A stretch of 64,000 nucleotides of DNA from an uncultured Pelagibacteraceae bacterium (GTDB lineage: Bacteria > Pseudomonadota > Alphaproteobacteria > Pelagibacterales > Pelagibacteraceae): positions 42,858 through 106,857 of the forward strand of contig CACGXV010000002.1 of assembly GCA_902577075.1 (NCBI GenBank), given 5' to 3'. A program made the position numbers and the translations under genes. This document shows, piece after piece, positions 11,875-22,328 of this stretch. A model generated the notes under the pieces. That model ran no database searches. It saw nothing but the letters and a program-made list of their open reading frames with translations, and was not told the DNA's origin. The first letter of the stretch is position 1; every line of letters begins with the position of its first letter.

Positions 11875-12608
11875 AAAATTTAATTGAGGTCAAAAACATA
11901 AAAAAAAATTATGGAAAAAAAGAAGCAGTAAAGGGAATATCTTTTAATGTTCAGGAAAATGAAATTCTCGGTTTACTTGGACCAAACGGTTCTGGAAAAA
12001 CCACCACAATTGGAATGTTGCTTGGTTTATTAAAACCAACAAGTGGTCAAATTTTTATTAATGATCTCAAACTAGAAGATAATAGAATAAAAATTCTTGA
12101 GATAATTAATTTTATATCACCCTATATTGAATTACCAAAAAAGCTTACAGTTAAGCAAAATCTATATGTTTATTCAAAACTTTATAAAGTTCAGAATATT
12201 AAAGAGAGAATTGAATATCTTTCAGAAAAATTAAGAATAGCAGAATTATTAGATAGTATTACAGGAGAATTATCCTCAGGCCAAAAAAACAGAGTAAGTT
12301 TAGCAAAAGCGTTAATTAATGAACCAAGAGTATTATTACTTGATGAACCAACAGCTTCATTGGATCCAGAAGTTGGGGATTTTGTTAGAACTTTTTTAGA
12401 GGAATACAAAAAAGAAAAAAAAATTTCTATACTTTTAGCTTCTCATAATATGAATGAAGTTACACGTTTGTGTAAGTCAGTACTTATGATGAAAAATGGA
12501 GAAATTATAGATAAAGGTAAACCACAAGATTTAATCGATAAGCATGGAAGAAATAATTTAGAGGAAGTTTTTTTAAAATTATCAAGGAGTAAAAATGAGC
12601 TTAACTAG
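11871..12608 (+). CDS. ABC transporter ATP-binding protein (ABC-2/NodI-like)
   Basis: Walker A GPNGSGKTT, LSSGQ signature, LLLDEPT. Confidence 0.93.
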   Translation: MKNLIEVKNIKKNYGKKEAVKGISFNVQENEILGLLGPNGSGKTTTIGMLLGLLKPTSGQIFINDLKLEDNRIKILEIINFISPYIELPKKLTVKQNLYVYSKLYKVQNIKERIEYLSEKLRIAELLDSITGELSSGQKNRVSLAKALINEPRVLLLDEPTASLDPEVGDFVRTFLEEYKKEKKISILLASHNMNEVTRLCKSVLMMKNGEIIDKGKPQDLIDKHGRNNLEEVFLKLSRSKNELN

Positions 12609-13386
12609 AATGTACGGTCTATTTTTGAGACATTTTTATCTAATTACAAGATCATTTCCTAGAGTTTTGGATTTAGTATATTGGCCCACAATTCAAATTA
12701 CCTTATGGGGATTTATTTCAAATTTTTTTGCAACACACACAACTTATTATAATAACGCAGTTGGGGTAATACTCACTTGTGCAATTCTTTATGATTTTTT
12801 ATTTAGAACAAGTATTGGTTTCAATATGCTTTTTTTAGAGGAAATTTGGAGCAGAAACTTCACAAATCTTTTCATAGCTCCCATGAAAATTGGAGAGATT
12901 TTAATTTCACTTGTTATTACAGCTTTAATAAGATCTTTAATTGGCCTAGTCCCAGCAATTTTGTTAACTTCACCTTTATTTGGAATATCAATTTTAGATT
13001 TAGGGATATTTTTATTTTTTCTATTTTTAAGTCTTTATATTTTTGGTATTACACTTGGTATTCTTGTCTCGTCAGGCTTGCTTAGGTTTGGTCCATCATT
13101 TGAAAATATAGCATGGTCAACAATGTTTTTACTTGCTCCATTTGGATGTATTTATTACCCAATAGATACTTTACCAGAAATTTTTCAAAAAATAGCTTAT
13201 GCACTACCTCTTGTTTATATATTTGAGGAAGCTAGAAATATTTTAATTAACCAAAATGTTAATATTGAGAATGTCTATTATGCTTTCGTTTTGAATGCAG
13301 TCTATTTTACAATTTCGATTATTCTTTTTTATTATTCCTTTAATGCTGCAAAAAAAAAAGGAACGTTAATTAACATGGGTGAGTAA
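12595..13386 (+). CDS. ABC-2 type transporter permease
   Basis: About six hydrophobic segments, YYPIDTLP motif, overlaps ATPase gene. Confidence 0.88.
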   Translation: MSLTRMYGLFLRHFYLITRSFPRVLDLVYWPTIQITLWGFISNFFATHTTYYNNAVGVILTCAILYDFLFRTSIGFNMLFLEEIWSRNFTNLFIAPMKIGEILISLVITALIRSLIGLVPAILLTSPLFGISILDLGIFLFFLFLSLYIFGITLGILVSSGLLRFGPSFENIAWSTMFLLAPFGCIYYPIDTLPEIFQKIAYALPLVYIFEEARNILINQNVNIENVYYAFVLNAVYFTISIILFYYSFNAAKKKGTLINMGE

Positions 13387-13397
13387 ATCAACTTAAT

Positions 13398-14102
13398 TTA
13401 TTCAAAAAATTTTACTTTAATTATTTGGTATAAAGCATTGGCCATATGGTAATATTTTATTTTTTTTTCACTACTGTTTTCTCTAGGTTTGTATTTTATT
13501 GGAATTTCTCCAACTTTAAGTCCTCTTTTAAAGATTCTGCTTATAAATTGAAAATCAAAACCCATATAAAATGAAGAGATAGGTATTTTTTTTACTGCTT
13601 CAGTTTTATAAAGTTTTCCTCCAATAATATCTGTGAAATTATGATTGTAAAACTTATTTGTTAAAAAAGTACAAATAATTGTGGCTAAATAAGATGGTTT
13701 TTTTATCAAACTCCTAATTTTTGATTTTTTTTTAAAATCCTCAGTAATTAATCTTGATCCTAAAACAACATCAAGCTTATTTTCTATTGCATAATTCATC
13801 ATGTTTAAACTTTGTAAATGATCATATTCTAAGTCTGAATATTGAATAAAAATATAATCTGTATCAAGTGAACTAATTCCTTCTTGAATTGTTTTTCCAA
13901 AACCTTCATTTTTTGACCTTAAAATCATTTTTATGTTATTATTTTTAAAGCTTTCTATAATTTGTCGACTTCCATCAGTTGAGGCATTATCTATAATTAA
14001 AATTTCTTTGTTTGGATAATCTATATTAATCACATCGTTTATAGACTGTCTTACAGTTTTAATTTCGTTATATACAGTTATTAAATATCCAATAGACTTC
14101 AT
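13398..14102 (-). CDS. Glycosyltransferase family 2, polyprenol-phosphate-sugar synthase (DPM1)-like
   Basis: VYNE, IIDNASTDGS, SDLEYD, DVVLGSR, EIPIKYKPR, KKIK. Confidence 0.85.
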   Translation of the reverse strand: MKSIGYLITVYNEIKTVRQSINDVINIDYPNKEILIIDNASTDGSRQIIESFKNNNIKMILRSKNEGFGKTIQEGISSLDTDYIFIQYSDLEYDHLQSLNMMNYAIENKLDVVLGSRLITEDFKKKSKIRSLIKKPSYLATIICTFLTNKFYNHNFTDIIGGKLYKTEAVKKIPISSFYMGFDFQFISRIFKRGLKVGEIPIKYKPRENSSEKKIKYYHMANALYQIIKVKFFE

Positions 14103-14170
14103 GAAATTATTTATTTTAAAAATTTATAAGTATATATTAAGTTAGTTATCAAATTAAATAAATTAAAAAA

Positions 14171-15955
14171 ATGAATCTTTCAGATTATGTTCTCAAATTT
14201 TTAGTAAAAAAAAAGATTAAAAAAGTTTTTTTAATTACAGGTGGAGCCATATCTTTTATGGTAGATGCTTTTTCAAGAAATAAAAATATTAAATACATTT
14301 CTGTGGGGCATGAACAAAGTGCAGCAATGATGGCAGATGCTTACTCTAGAATTGGTCCAAATTTTTCATGTACAATGGTTACATCAGGACCTGGTGCCAC
14401 AAATCTACTTACAGGTATAGGTTGCTCGTATTTTGACTCTATTCCATCACTTCATATATGCGGCCAGGTAAATACCTACGAACAACAAAGCTCAAATAAA
14501 AGCACTTTAAATGTAAGACAGGTTGGCTTTCAAGAGACAGACATAGTAAGTATTTCAAAACCAATTACGAAATTTTCCTACAAATTAAAAAAAGCAAATG
14601 AAATAAAATATATTTTGGAAAAATGTTATCATTTAGCAACTACTGGTAGGCCAGGACCTGTTTTACTTGATATACCAATGGATTTGCAAAGGAAGAAAAT
14701 AAATATTAAAAATTTAAGTTCTTTTAAACCTAAATTAGAAAAAATTAAAATTTCTAAAATAAAATTAAATTTTTTAGTAAAAAAAATAATTAATTCAAAA
14801 AAACCTGTTATTATTTTAGGAGGTGGTATCAAATATGCTAAAGCAGAAAAAAACCTAAATAAGTTTTTAAGGCGATTAAGTATACCTATAGTTACGACTT
14901 GGAGTGGAGTTGATTTAATAGATCATTCAAATAAAAATTACATTGGAAATATTGGAGTATATGGAAGTAGAGCTGCAAACTTTACTATTCAAAATTCTGA
15001 TTTAATTTTATCTCTAGGATCTAGATTGGACACAAGAGTAACTGGAGGAGTTCCAAAAAACTTTGCCAGAAATGCCAAAAAAATTGTAGTAGATATTGAT
15101 AAAAATGAATTAAAAAAAAAGAGAGGATTACATATAGATTACAAGATAAATTTAAATGTTAAATATTTTTTAGAAGAATTAAATAAAATATCTTTTAAAA
15201 AAATATCAAAAGAACAATGGACAAAAAAGTGTCTTGTTTGGAGGAGTAAATATCCAATTGTTTCAAATTCTTATTACAAAAATAAGAAATTTGTAAATCC
15301 TTACGTATTTATAGAATATTTATCAAAAAAATTAAAAAAAAAGGATATTATAATTGCTGATGACGGTGGTCATTTAACGTGGACATTACAAGCATTTAAA
15401 ATAAAGTATGGTCAAAAACTTTTTTCTGCTTTTGGCAACTCCCCTATGGGCTATGCGCTACCTGCAAGTATTGGTGCATCAATTGCAAACAAAAATTCTA
15501 GAATAATATGCGTAGATGGTGATGGAAGTTTACAAATTAATCTTCAGGAACTTCACACTATAGATAAACTTAAAATACCAATTAAAATTTTTGTTTTAAA
15601 TAATGATGGTTATGGAATTATAAAACAGTTTCAAGAATTGTATTTAGAAAAGAGATACGAAGCATCTGGAAAAGGTGTAAGCAACCCAAATTTTAAAAAA
15701 ATAGCCAAAGCTTTTAATATCAACTATAATTTAATTAGGAACCATAATAATTTAAGCAAAATACCAAAAATTTTAGAGTCAAGATGTTCCGAAATTATTG
15801 AAGTAAAAATTAATAAGAGTCAGAAAATAATTCCCAAATTACAGTTTGGGAATCCAATAGAGGATATGTCACCATTGCTTCCAAGAGAAGAATTCTGGAA
15901 AAATATGGAAGTAAAATTAATAAGTAGAGATAAAAAAATTTTTGAGGCAAATTGA
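14171..15955 (+). CDS. ThDP-dependent enzyme, acetolactate synthase large-subunit fold, YerE-like carboligase
   Basis: HEQSAAMMADAY, TSGPGATN, RQVGFQETD, RPGPVLLDIP, GDGS...NNDGYG ThDP motif, C-terminal PIEDMSPLLPREE. No ilvH/ilvN next to it; flanked by glycan genes. Confidence 0.85.
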   Translation: MNLSDYVLKFLVKKKIKKVFLITGGAISFMVDAFSRNKNIKYISVGHEQSAAMMADAYSRIGPNFSCTMVTSGPGATNLLTGIGCSYFDSIPSLHICGQVNTYEQQSSNKSTLNVRQVGFQETDIVSISKPITKFSYKLKKANEIKYILEKCYHLATTGRPGPVLLDIPMDLQRKKINIKNLSSFKPKLEKIKISKIKLNFLVKKIINSKKPVIILGGGIKYAKAEKNLNKFLRRLSIPIVTTWSGVDLIDHSNKNYIGNIGVYGSRAANFTIQNSDLILSLGSRLDTRVTGGVPKNFARNAKKIVVDIDKNELKKKRGLHIDYKINLNVKYFLEELNKISFKKISKEQWTKKCLVWRSKYPIVSNSYYKNKKFVNPYVFIEYLSKKLKKKDIIIADDGGHLTWTLQAFKIKYGQKLFSAFGNSPMGYALPASIGASIANKNSRIICVDGDGSLQINLQELHTIDKLKIPIKIFVLNNDGYGIIKQFQELYLEKRYEASGKGVSNPNFKKIAKAFNINYNLIRNHNNLSKIPKILESRCSEIIEVKINKSQKIIPKLQFGNPIEDMSPLLPREEFWKNMEVKLISRDKKIFEAN

Positions 15956-15963
15956 GGTAACTA

Positions 15964-16833
15964 TTGAAAAAGATAATAATAATAGGTAGCTCAGGTTTCA
16001 TTGGAAAGAGTATTAAAGATTATATAAAAAAAAAAAGAATTAATATCTCAAAAGTATTTTCATACTCTAGATCAGAAAAAAAAAATATTATTACAATTAA
16101 AAAACTACCAACAGCTAATTATATTGTTTACTGCATTAATAGTAAAAAAATTGAAGAAAGTAAGAAATATTTTAACCACTTTAAGCAATTACTGGTAGGA
16201 TACTCAAAGAAAACAAAAATTCTATTTTTAAGCTCAGGAGCGGTTTATGGAAAAAATATTAAAAATAAAAAATCCTCAGAAAATCTTAAAATAAATATTA
16301 ATTTAATAAATAAATTTACTGGTTATAAAAAAAATTATGCTAAAGAGAAAATTTTTTTAGAAAAAAAATTTATAGAATTATCAAAAAATGGTTACAAAGT
16401 ATCTATTGCAAGATGTTTTACTTTTGTTGGAGCAAATATTCCAAGAAATTCACATTTTTTAATTGGAAATTTAATAAATAATATTCTTACAAAGAAGGAA
16501 CTTTTTGCAAAATCAAAGTTTAAGGTAATAAGGTCTTTTATGCATACAGATGATTTATCAAAGTGCCTTTTTATGATTATGAATCGAACTAAAAATAATT
16601 GTGATATTTATAATGTAGGTTCTGATGATCAAATTGATATAAAATTGCTATTAAAAAAATTATCAAAAAAATATAAATTAAAAGCTAAAATTTTAAAAAA
16701 ATTTTCCGAAAAAAAAATTGATTACTACGTGCCAAACATAGATAAAATAAAAAAAGAGTTGAGATGGAAGTCTAAATTCAACAGTTTTGAAGCTATAGTA
16801 AATACTATAAAAGAAATAAATTCTATTAAATAA
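15964..16833 (+). CDS. NAD-dependent epimerase/dehydratase/reductase (extended SDR)
   Basis: GSSGFIG, LSSGAVYG, YAKEK (YxxxK), ARCFTFVG, YNVGS; TTG start. Confidence 0.88.
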   Translation: MKKIIIIGSSGFIGKSIKDYIKKKRINISKVFSYSRSEKKNIITIKKLPTANYIVYCINSKKIEESKKYFNHFKQLLVGYSKKTKILFLSSGAVYGKNIKNKKSSENLKININLINKFTGYKKNYAKEKIFLEKKFIELSKNGYKVSIARCFTFVGANIPRNSHFLIGNLINNILTKKELFAKSKFKVIRSFMHTDDLSKCLFMIMNRTKNNCDIYNVGSDDQIDIKLLLKKLSKKYKLKAKILKKFSEKKIDYYVPNIDKIKKELRWKSKFNSFEAIVNTIKEINSIK

Positions 16834-16879
16834 CTAAAAAATTTAATGATTTAATTTAGGTATTTTATTTTTATTGAAT

Positions 16880-16956
16880 TGGTGCGCCCGCAAGGAGTCG
16901 AACCCTGAACCTCCAGAGCCGAAATCTGGCGCTCTATCCAGTTGAGCTACAAGCGC
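16880..16956 (-). tRNA. tRNA-Arg (anticodon UCG), CCA encoded
   Basis: Reverse complement: GCGCTTGTAGCTCAACTGGATAGAGCGCCAGATTTCGGCTCTGGAGGTTCAGGGTTCGACTCCTTGCGGGCGCACCA; anticodon arm CCAGA-TTTCGGC-TCTGG. Confidence 0.95.
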
Positions 16957-16977
16957 TTATTTTATAAGTATAACAAT

Positions 16978-17952
16978 ATGAAAAAATTAATAAATATAAA
17001 AATTGGAAATAATGAAATAAATTTAAGAGTAGATATTTTACTATCTAACCAAAATATTAAACTCAGCAGATCAAGAGTAAAAAATTTAATCTTGGAAAAT
17101 AAACTAAAAATAAATAATTTAATCGTAAATGATCCATCAAGAAAAGTAAAATTAGATGATAGAATTTATTTCGAAATTATCGATGAAAAGAAAGAAAGTC
17201 TTAAACCGTTCAAGTATTCTCTCAATATTATATATGAGGATAACGATTTAATAGTAATAGATAAGCCTGCAGGTATATCTATGCATCCTGGACCAGGAAA
17301 TTATGATAATACAATTGTAAATGCCTTAATAAATTATGTTGGTAACAATTTATCAAATATTGGGAGCAATTTAAGGCCTGGTATAGTTCATAGAATTGAT
17401 AAAGACACATCTGGATTAATTGTTGTAGCCAAAAATAATTTCTCTCATGAATATTTATCTAGGCAATTTTCTGATCATTCAATTGAAAGAATTTACCAAG
17501 CTTTAGTTTGGGGTAAATTAAGACCACAAAATGGAAAAATAGAAACTTTTATAAACAGAAGTTCACGGAATAGACAGTTGATGGAGGTTTCATCAATAAA
17601 AGGTAAAAAAGCAATAACTAATTATAAGACTTTAAATATTTTCGAGGCTGAAAAAATTCCAACTCTAAGTCTTGTAGAATGCAAACTAGAAACTGGCAGA
17701 ACTCATCAAATTAGAGTTCATCTATCTAATACCGGAAATCATATTTTGGGTGATAAAAAATATAAGAAAAAATTCAAAAAAATTATTAATATTGACCCTA
17801 ATATCGAACAACTCATCTTAGGGTTAAAAAGACAATTTCTTCATGCAAAAACATTGGGGTTTAATCACCCAAAGAAAAATGAAAGATTAAATTTTTCCTC
17901 AAAATTGCCTAGTGATCTTGAAAATATATTAAAAATACTACGTAAAGCTTGA
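16978..17952 (+). CDS. rluD: RluA-family 23S rRNA pseudouridine synthase (RluD)
   Basis: N-terminal S4 domain, DKPAG, RPGIVHRIDKDTSG, LETGRTHQIRVH. Start moved to ATG 16978 because the ORF-track start lies inside the tRNA; rluD-rpoH synteny. Confidence 0.9.
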   Translation: MKKLINIKIGNNEINLRVDILLSNQNIKLSRSRVKNLILENKLKINNLIVNDPSRKVKLDDRIYFEIIDEKKESLKPFKYSLNIIYEDNDLIVIDKPAGISMHPGPGNYDNTIVNALINYVGNNLSNIGSNLRPGIVHRIDKDTSGLIVVAKNNFSHEYLSRQFSDHSIERIYQALVWGKLRPQNGKIETFINRSSRNRQLMEVSSIKGKKAITNYKTLNIFEAEKIPTLSLVECKLETGRTHQIRVHLSNTGNHILGDKKYKKKFKKIINIDPNIEQLILGLKRQFLHAKTLGFNHPKKNERLNFSSKLPSDLENILKILRKA

Positions 17953-18001
17953 TAATTAAACCATTGTAAAAATTTAATTCTTCATTAAATAAATATTTCT
18001 T

Positions 18002-18892
18002 ATGGATAATAATACTTACAATCTACCAGCACTTTCTAACGAAGGAGGTTTAGCTGCATATCTTGCTCAGATTAAGAAGTTCCCTATGCTTGCAGCAGAG
18101 GAAGAATACATGTTAGCCAAAAACTGGCAATCAACTGGAAATGTTAAATCTGCTGAGAAACTTGTTACTAGCCACTTAAGACTAGTTGCAAAGATTGCAA
18201 TGGGTTACAAAGGTTATGGGTTACCACTTAACGAAATGATCTCTGAGGGAAATGTTGGATTAATGCAAGCTGTGAAAAAGTTTGAACCAGAAAAAGGTTT
18301 TAGACTGGCAACTTATGCCATGTGGTGGATTAAAGCATCTATACAAGAATATATATTAAGATCATGGAGTTTGGTTAAAATGGGAACTACTACAGCACAA
18401 AAAAAACTGTTTTTTAATTTAAAGAAAATTAAAAACCAAATTGCACCTCGAACTGAAGGAGATCTAAAAAAAGAACATGTTGAGGATATAGCTAAAAGAC
18501 TGTCAGTAAGTGAAGAAGAAGTGGTTTCAATGAATAGAAGACTTTCTGGCAAAGAACAGTCTCTTAACGCACCTATTGGAGAAGATGGAGATGAGTGGCA
18601 AGACTGGATAATTGACAATGAGATGGATCATGAATTAAAAGTCGCACAAAGTGAAGAAATGGAGCAAAGAAAAGACTTGCTTGAAGACTCTATAAAAATT
18701 TTAAACGATAGAGAGAGGAAAATTCTATATTCAAGACGGTTAACTGATGATCCCTTAACTTTAGACGATTTAAGTAAAAAATATAAAATTAGTAGAGAGA
18801 GGGTTAGACAAATAGAAAATAAAGCTTTTGAAAAACTTCAAAAGCACATGCTTAATTCAGCTAAATCAAAAAACTTATTACCAGCAAACTAA
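18002..18892 (+). CDS. rpoH: RNA polymerase sigma-32 factor
   Basis: RpoH box [38 protein letters not shown]. Confidence 0.97.
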   Translation: MDNNTYNLPALSNEGGLAAYLAQIKKFPMLAAEEEYMLAKNWQSTGNVKSAEKLVTSHLRLVAKIAMGYKGYGLPLNEMISEGNVGLMQAVKKFEPEKGFRLATYAMWWIKASIQEYILRSWSLVKMGTTTAQKKLFFNLKKIKNQIAPRTEGDLKKEHVEDIAKRLSVSEEEVVSMNRRLSGKEQSLNAPIGEDGDEWQDWIIDNEMDHELKVAQSEEMEQRKDLLEDSIKILNDRERKILYSRRLTDDPLTLDDLSKKYKISRERVRQIENKAFEKLQKHMLNSAKSKNLLPAN

Positions 18893-20181
18893 AGTTTAAA
18901 AGGATCTTGAATAAGAATTGTATCATTTCTCTCAGGACTAGTTGAAATACTAGAAATTTTTGTCTCAATAAATTTTTCTAAGTCTTTTACGTAATTTTTT
19001 GCATGTTCTGGTAATTGGTCAAAATTTTTAACACCTACTGTCGAAGATTTCCAACCTTTAAATGATTTATATATTGGTTTAGCATTTAGTTGATCATCAA
19101 CTGAAGCTGGGAGGTAATCAAATTTTTTTCCATTAATCTCATAAGCTATACACATTTTTATTTCCTCAAGTTCATCTAAAACATCTAATTTGGTTAATGC
19201 AATTCCATTTATACCAGAAATTTTTAAAGTTTGTCTTACAAGAACTCCGTCGAACCAACCACATCGTCTTTTTCGACTTGTTACAGTTCCAAATTCTTTA
19301 CCTCTAGTTCCAAGTATTTCACCTATTTCATCTTTAAGCTCAGTAGGAAATGGTCCTTCTCCTACCCTTGTTGTATACGCTTTAGTAATACCCAAAACAT
19401 AATTAATAGAATTTATTCCACAGCCTGTTCCTGTGGCGGCAGAAGAGGCTACTGTATTTGAGGAAGTAACAAATGGATAGGTTCCATGGTCAACATCTAA
19501 AAGAACTCCCTGCGCACCTTCAAATAATATTTTTTTATTTTGAGATTTAAATTCGTCAATTTTTTTCCATACTGGTTGAGAAAACTGAAGAATTTTTGGT
19601 GCAATTTTTAATAAATCATTTTTTAATTTTTCTTTTTTAAACTCAGGTTTTCCAAGACCATTTCTAATTGAATTATGATGATGTAATACAGAGTCAAGTC
19701 TGTTATCTAAATTATTTTCTGAAGCAAGATCCATAACTCTAATGGATCTTCTGCCAATTTTATCTTCATATGCAGGCCCAATTCCTCTTCTTGTTGTGCC
19801 TATTTTTGATTTTCCTGCCGTGTCCTCTCTTATCTCATCCATTTCTTTATGGAAAGGTAAGATGAGTGTTGCGGCTTCAGATAAAATTAGATTATCTGAA
19901 TTTACTTCTATACCTTTAGATTTAATCTCTTCTATTTCATCTAATAAAGCCCATGGATCTACTACCACTCCATTTCCAATTACTGAAATTTTGTTTTTTC
20001 TTACAATTCCTGAAGGTAATAGTCTTAATTTATAAACTGTACCATCAATCACAAGAGTATGACCAGCGTTATGGCCACCTTGAAATCTTGCTATAATATC
20101 AGCTTGACTTGATAACCAGTCAACGATTTTACCTTTTCCTTCATCTCCCCATTGAGAACCGACAACAACTACATTTTTCAT
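18889..20181 (-). CDS. purA: Adenylosuccinate synthetase
   Basis: [42 protein letters not shown]. Confidence 0.98.
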   Translation of the reverse strand: MKNVVVVGSQWGDEGKGKIVDWLSSQADIIARFQGGHNAGHTLVIDGTVYKLRLLPSGIVRKNKISVIGNGVVVDPWALLDEIEEIKSKGIEVNSDNLILSEAATLILPFHKEMDEIREDTAGKSKIGTTRRGIGPAYEDKIGRRSIRVMDLASENNLDNRLDSVLHHHNSIRNGLGKPEFKKEKLKNDLLKIAPKILQFSQPVWKKIDEFKSQNKKILFEGAQGVLLDVDHGTYPFVTSSNTVASSAATGTGCGINSINYVLGITKAYTTRVGEGPFPTELKDEIGEILGTRGKEFGTVTSRKRRCGWFDGVLVRQTLKISGINGIALTKLDVLDELEEIKMCIAYEINGKKFDYLPASVDDQLNAKPIYKSFKGWKSSTVGVKNFDQLPEHAKNYVKDLEKFIETKISSISTSPERNDTILIQDPFKL

Positions 20182-20990
20182 CTAAAAATTTTTTTTATTT
20201 GTATACTGTTTAAATGGTTAACAGGACCGTGACCTTTCCCTAAGTTTGGTTGTGTTCTTAAAGAATGATTTACATACTTAATTGCCATTTCACAAGATCT
20301 CTTTAAAGTTTTTCCACACGCAAAATATGTAGTTATAGCACTTGATAGCGTACAGCCAGTTCCATGGCTATTTTTTGTATAAATTTTCTTATTTTTAAAT
20401 ATCACTATTTCTCTTTGATTAATAAACACATCTTGAATATTTTTAGATTTCAGATGTCCTCCTTTGATTAAAACATTTTTTGCACCTAGTTTTAATAGTA
20501 ATTTTCCTGCTGAAATTATATCTTTGACAGTGATTATTCTTGAATTAGTTAATACCTCTGCTTCAGGTATATTTGGTGTAATTAAATCAGCTTTAGATAG
20601 ATATTTATTTTTTAATATTTTTATAGCCTGATTGTCAATTAATTTTCTTCCACCTTTGGCAACCATCACAGGATCCAATATAATTTTTTTTGCATTAATC
20701 TTTTTTAAAGACTTCATGACAGATTTTATTACTTCTTTGGAGTGAAGCATTCCAATTTTTACAGCATCAGGTTTTATGTCTTTGGCTGTAAACTCAATTT
20801 GATTGGAAATTTCTTTACTATTGACAGGAAAAATTGACATAACACCAGTTGTATTTTGAGAAGTTATAGCTGTTATAGCTGTCATAGCATATGATCCGAG
20901 CGTTGTAATAGTTTTAATATCTGCCTGTATACCAGCGCCTCCGGAAGAGTCTGAGCCAGCAATAACTAATATTTTAGAATTTATCTTCAA
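20178..20990 (-). CDS. thiD: Hydroxymethylpyrimidine/phosphomethylpyrimidine kinase
   Basis: [37 protein letters not shown]. Confidence 0.96.
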   Translation of the reverse strand: MKINSKILVIAGSDSSGGAGIQADIKTITTLGSYAMTAITAITSQNTTGVMSIFPVNSKEISNQIEFTAKDIKPDAVKIGMLHSKEVIKSVMKSLKKINAKKIILDPVMVAKGGRKLIDNQAIKILKNKYLSKADLITPNIPEAEVLTNSRIITVKDIISAGKLLLKLGAKNVLIKGGHLKSKNIQDVFINQREIVIFKNKKIYTKNSHGTGCTLSSAITTYFACGKTLKRSCEMAIKYVNHSLRTQPNLGKGHGPVNHLNSIQIKKIFR

Positions 20991-20991
20991 T

Positions 20992-22323
20992 TTAATTAAT
21001 TGATTTTTTTACAATGTTTATGCATTTTATTAGTATATCCTCATTTTCAGTTTCGCACATAATTCTTATTACAGGTTCTGTTCCAGATTTTCTAACTAAC
21101 ATTCTCCCCTGTCCTTTTAACAAAATATTTGCTTTTTTTATTGCATTTTTACATTTCAAACTGTTTATTATTGATTTATCTTTTACTCTCACATTTTCTA
21201 ATATTTGTGGTGTGGGGATAAAATTTTCAAATATTTCGCTAGCTTTTTTACCTTTTCTCATCGAAAACAAAATTTCCAATGCAACTAGTAAGCCATCCCC
21301 TGTTGTTGCAAAATTACCCAATATTATATGACCAGACTGTTCACCACCTAAATTAAATTTGCTTTTCTGCATAAGTTCTTTTACATACCTATCACCTACT
21401 TTAGATCTTAAAAATTTTATCTTATTATTTAAAAAAAACTTTTCTAATGCATAATTAGACATTAAAGTTCCCACAACACCACCTTTCAAGATTTTTTTTC
21501 TTTTCCATCTTTGTGCTAACATTGCAATTATTTTGTCGCCATCAATAATTTTTCCATTTTCATCACAAACTATTATTCTGTCTGCATCACCATCTAACGA
21601 AATTCCAATATGAGATTTATTTTCAACTGTGTGATATTTAATTTTATTTGGAAATGTAGATCCAAATTTTTTATTTATATTAAAGCCATTTGGTGAAGTT
21701 CCTATCTCGTAAACTGTCGCTCCTAATGATCTGAGTAGTTTTGGTCCAACTTTATATGCAGCTCCATTAGCACAATCAATTGTAATTCTCAAACCTCTCA
21801 GATTAAATTGTTTAGGAAAATTTGTTTTTAATATCTCAATGTATTTTTCTGATCCATCCTCTAATCTTTTAACTCTACCCAACACTTTTGGATTTAAAAG
21901 GTTTTTTGATACTTTCAAATCAATTAGTTTTTCTATTTTTTTTTCAATTTTATCTGACAATTTTAGCCCATCAGGTCCAAACAATTTTAAACCATTATCA
22001 TCAAATGGATTATGAGATGCAGTTATCATAATTCCCATATTAGCTTTCATTTTTTTTGTAAGCATTGCCAAACCATTTGTAGGTAATGGACCTAAAGTAA
22101 AAACATGCATTCCAGCGGAAGTTAAACCTGAAACTAAGGCTGGCTCAAGTGTGTATCCTGATAATCGTGTATCTTTAGCAATAATTGCAATTTGTTTAGT
22201 TTTTCTTTGATTATTAAAATAAGTACCAGCAGCTAATCCGAATTTGAAAAACATTTCACCATTTATTTTATCATGGTTTACCTTTCCTCTTATTCCATCT
22301 GTTCCAAAATATTTTTTAATCAT
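20992..22323 (-). CDS. glmM: Phosphoglucosamine mutase
   Basis: FGTDGIRG, ITASHNP, DGDADR, GGEQSGH, RKSGTEP. Confidence 0.96.
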   Translation of the reverse strand: MIKKYFGTDGIRGKVNHDKINGEMFFKFGLAAGTYFNNQRKTKQIAIIAKDTRLSGYTLEPALVSGLTSAGMHVFTLGPLPTNGLAMLTKKMKANMGIMITASHNPFDDNGLKLFGPDGLKLSDKIEKKIEKLIDLKVSKNLLNPKVLGRVKRLEDGSEKYIEILKTNFPKQFNLRGLRITIDCANGAAYKVGPKLLRSLGATVYEIGTSPNGFNINKKFGSTFPNKIKYHTVENKSHIGISLDGDADRIIVCDENGKIIDGDKIIAMLAQRWKRKKILKGGVVGTLMSNYALEKFFLNNKIKFLRSKVGDRYVKELMQKSKFNLGGEQSGHIILGNFATTGDGLLVALEILFSMRKGKKASEIFENFIPTPQILENVRVKDKSIINSLKCKNAIKKANILLKGQGRMLVRKSGTEPVIRIMCETENEDILIKCINIVKKSIN

Positions 22324-22328
22324 TAATA

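Noticed and set aside
14171-15955. Housekeeping acetolactate synthase (ilvB/ilvI)
   Set aside because: No regulatory subunit or ilvC is adjacent, and context and C-terminal motif favour a sugar-modifying enzyme. Not fully excluded without a phylogeny.
13386-16880. Integrative element or att duplication at tRNA-Arg
   Set aside because: There is no integrase and no copy of the tRNA 3' end at the far border (11-bp spacer), so the islet is not called a mobile element.
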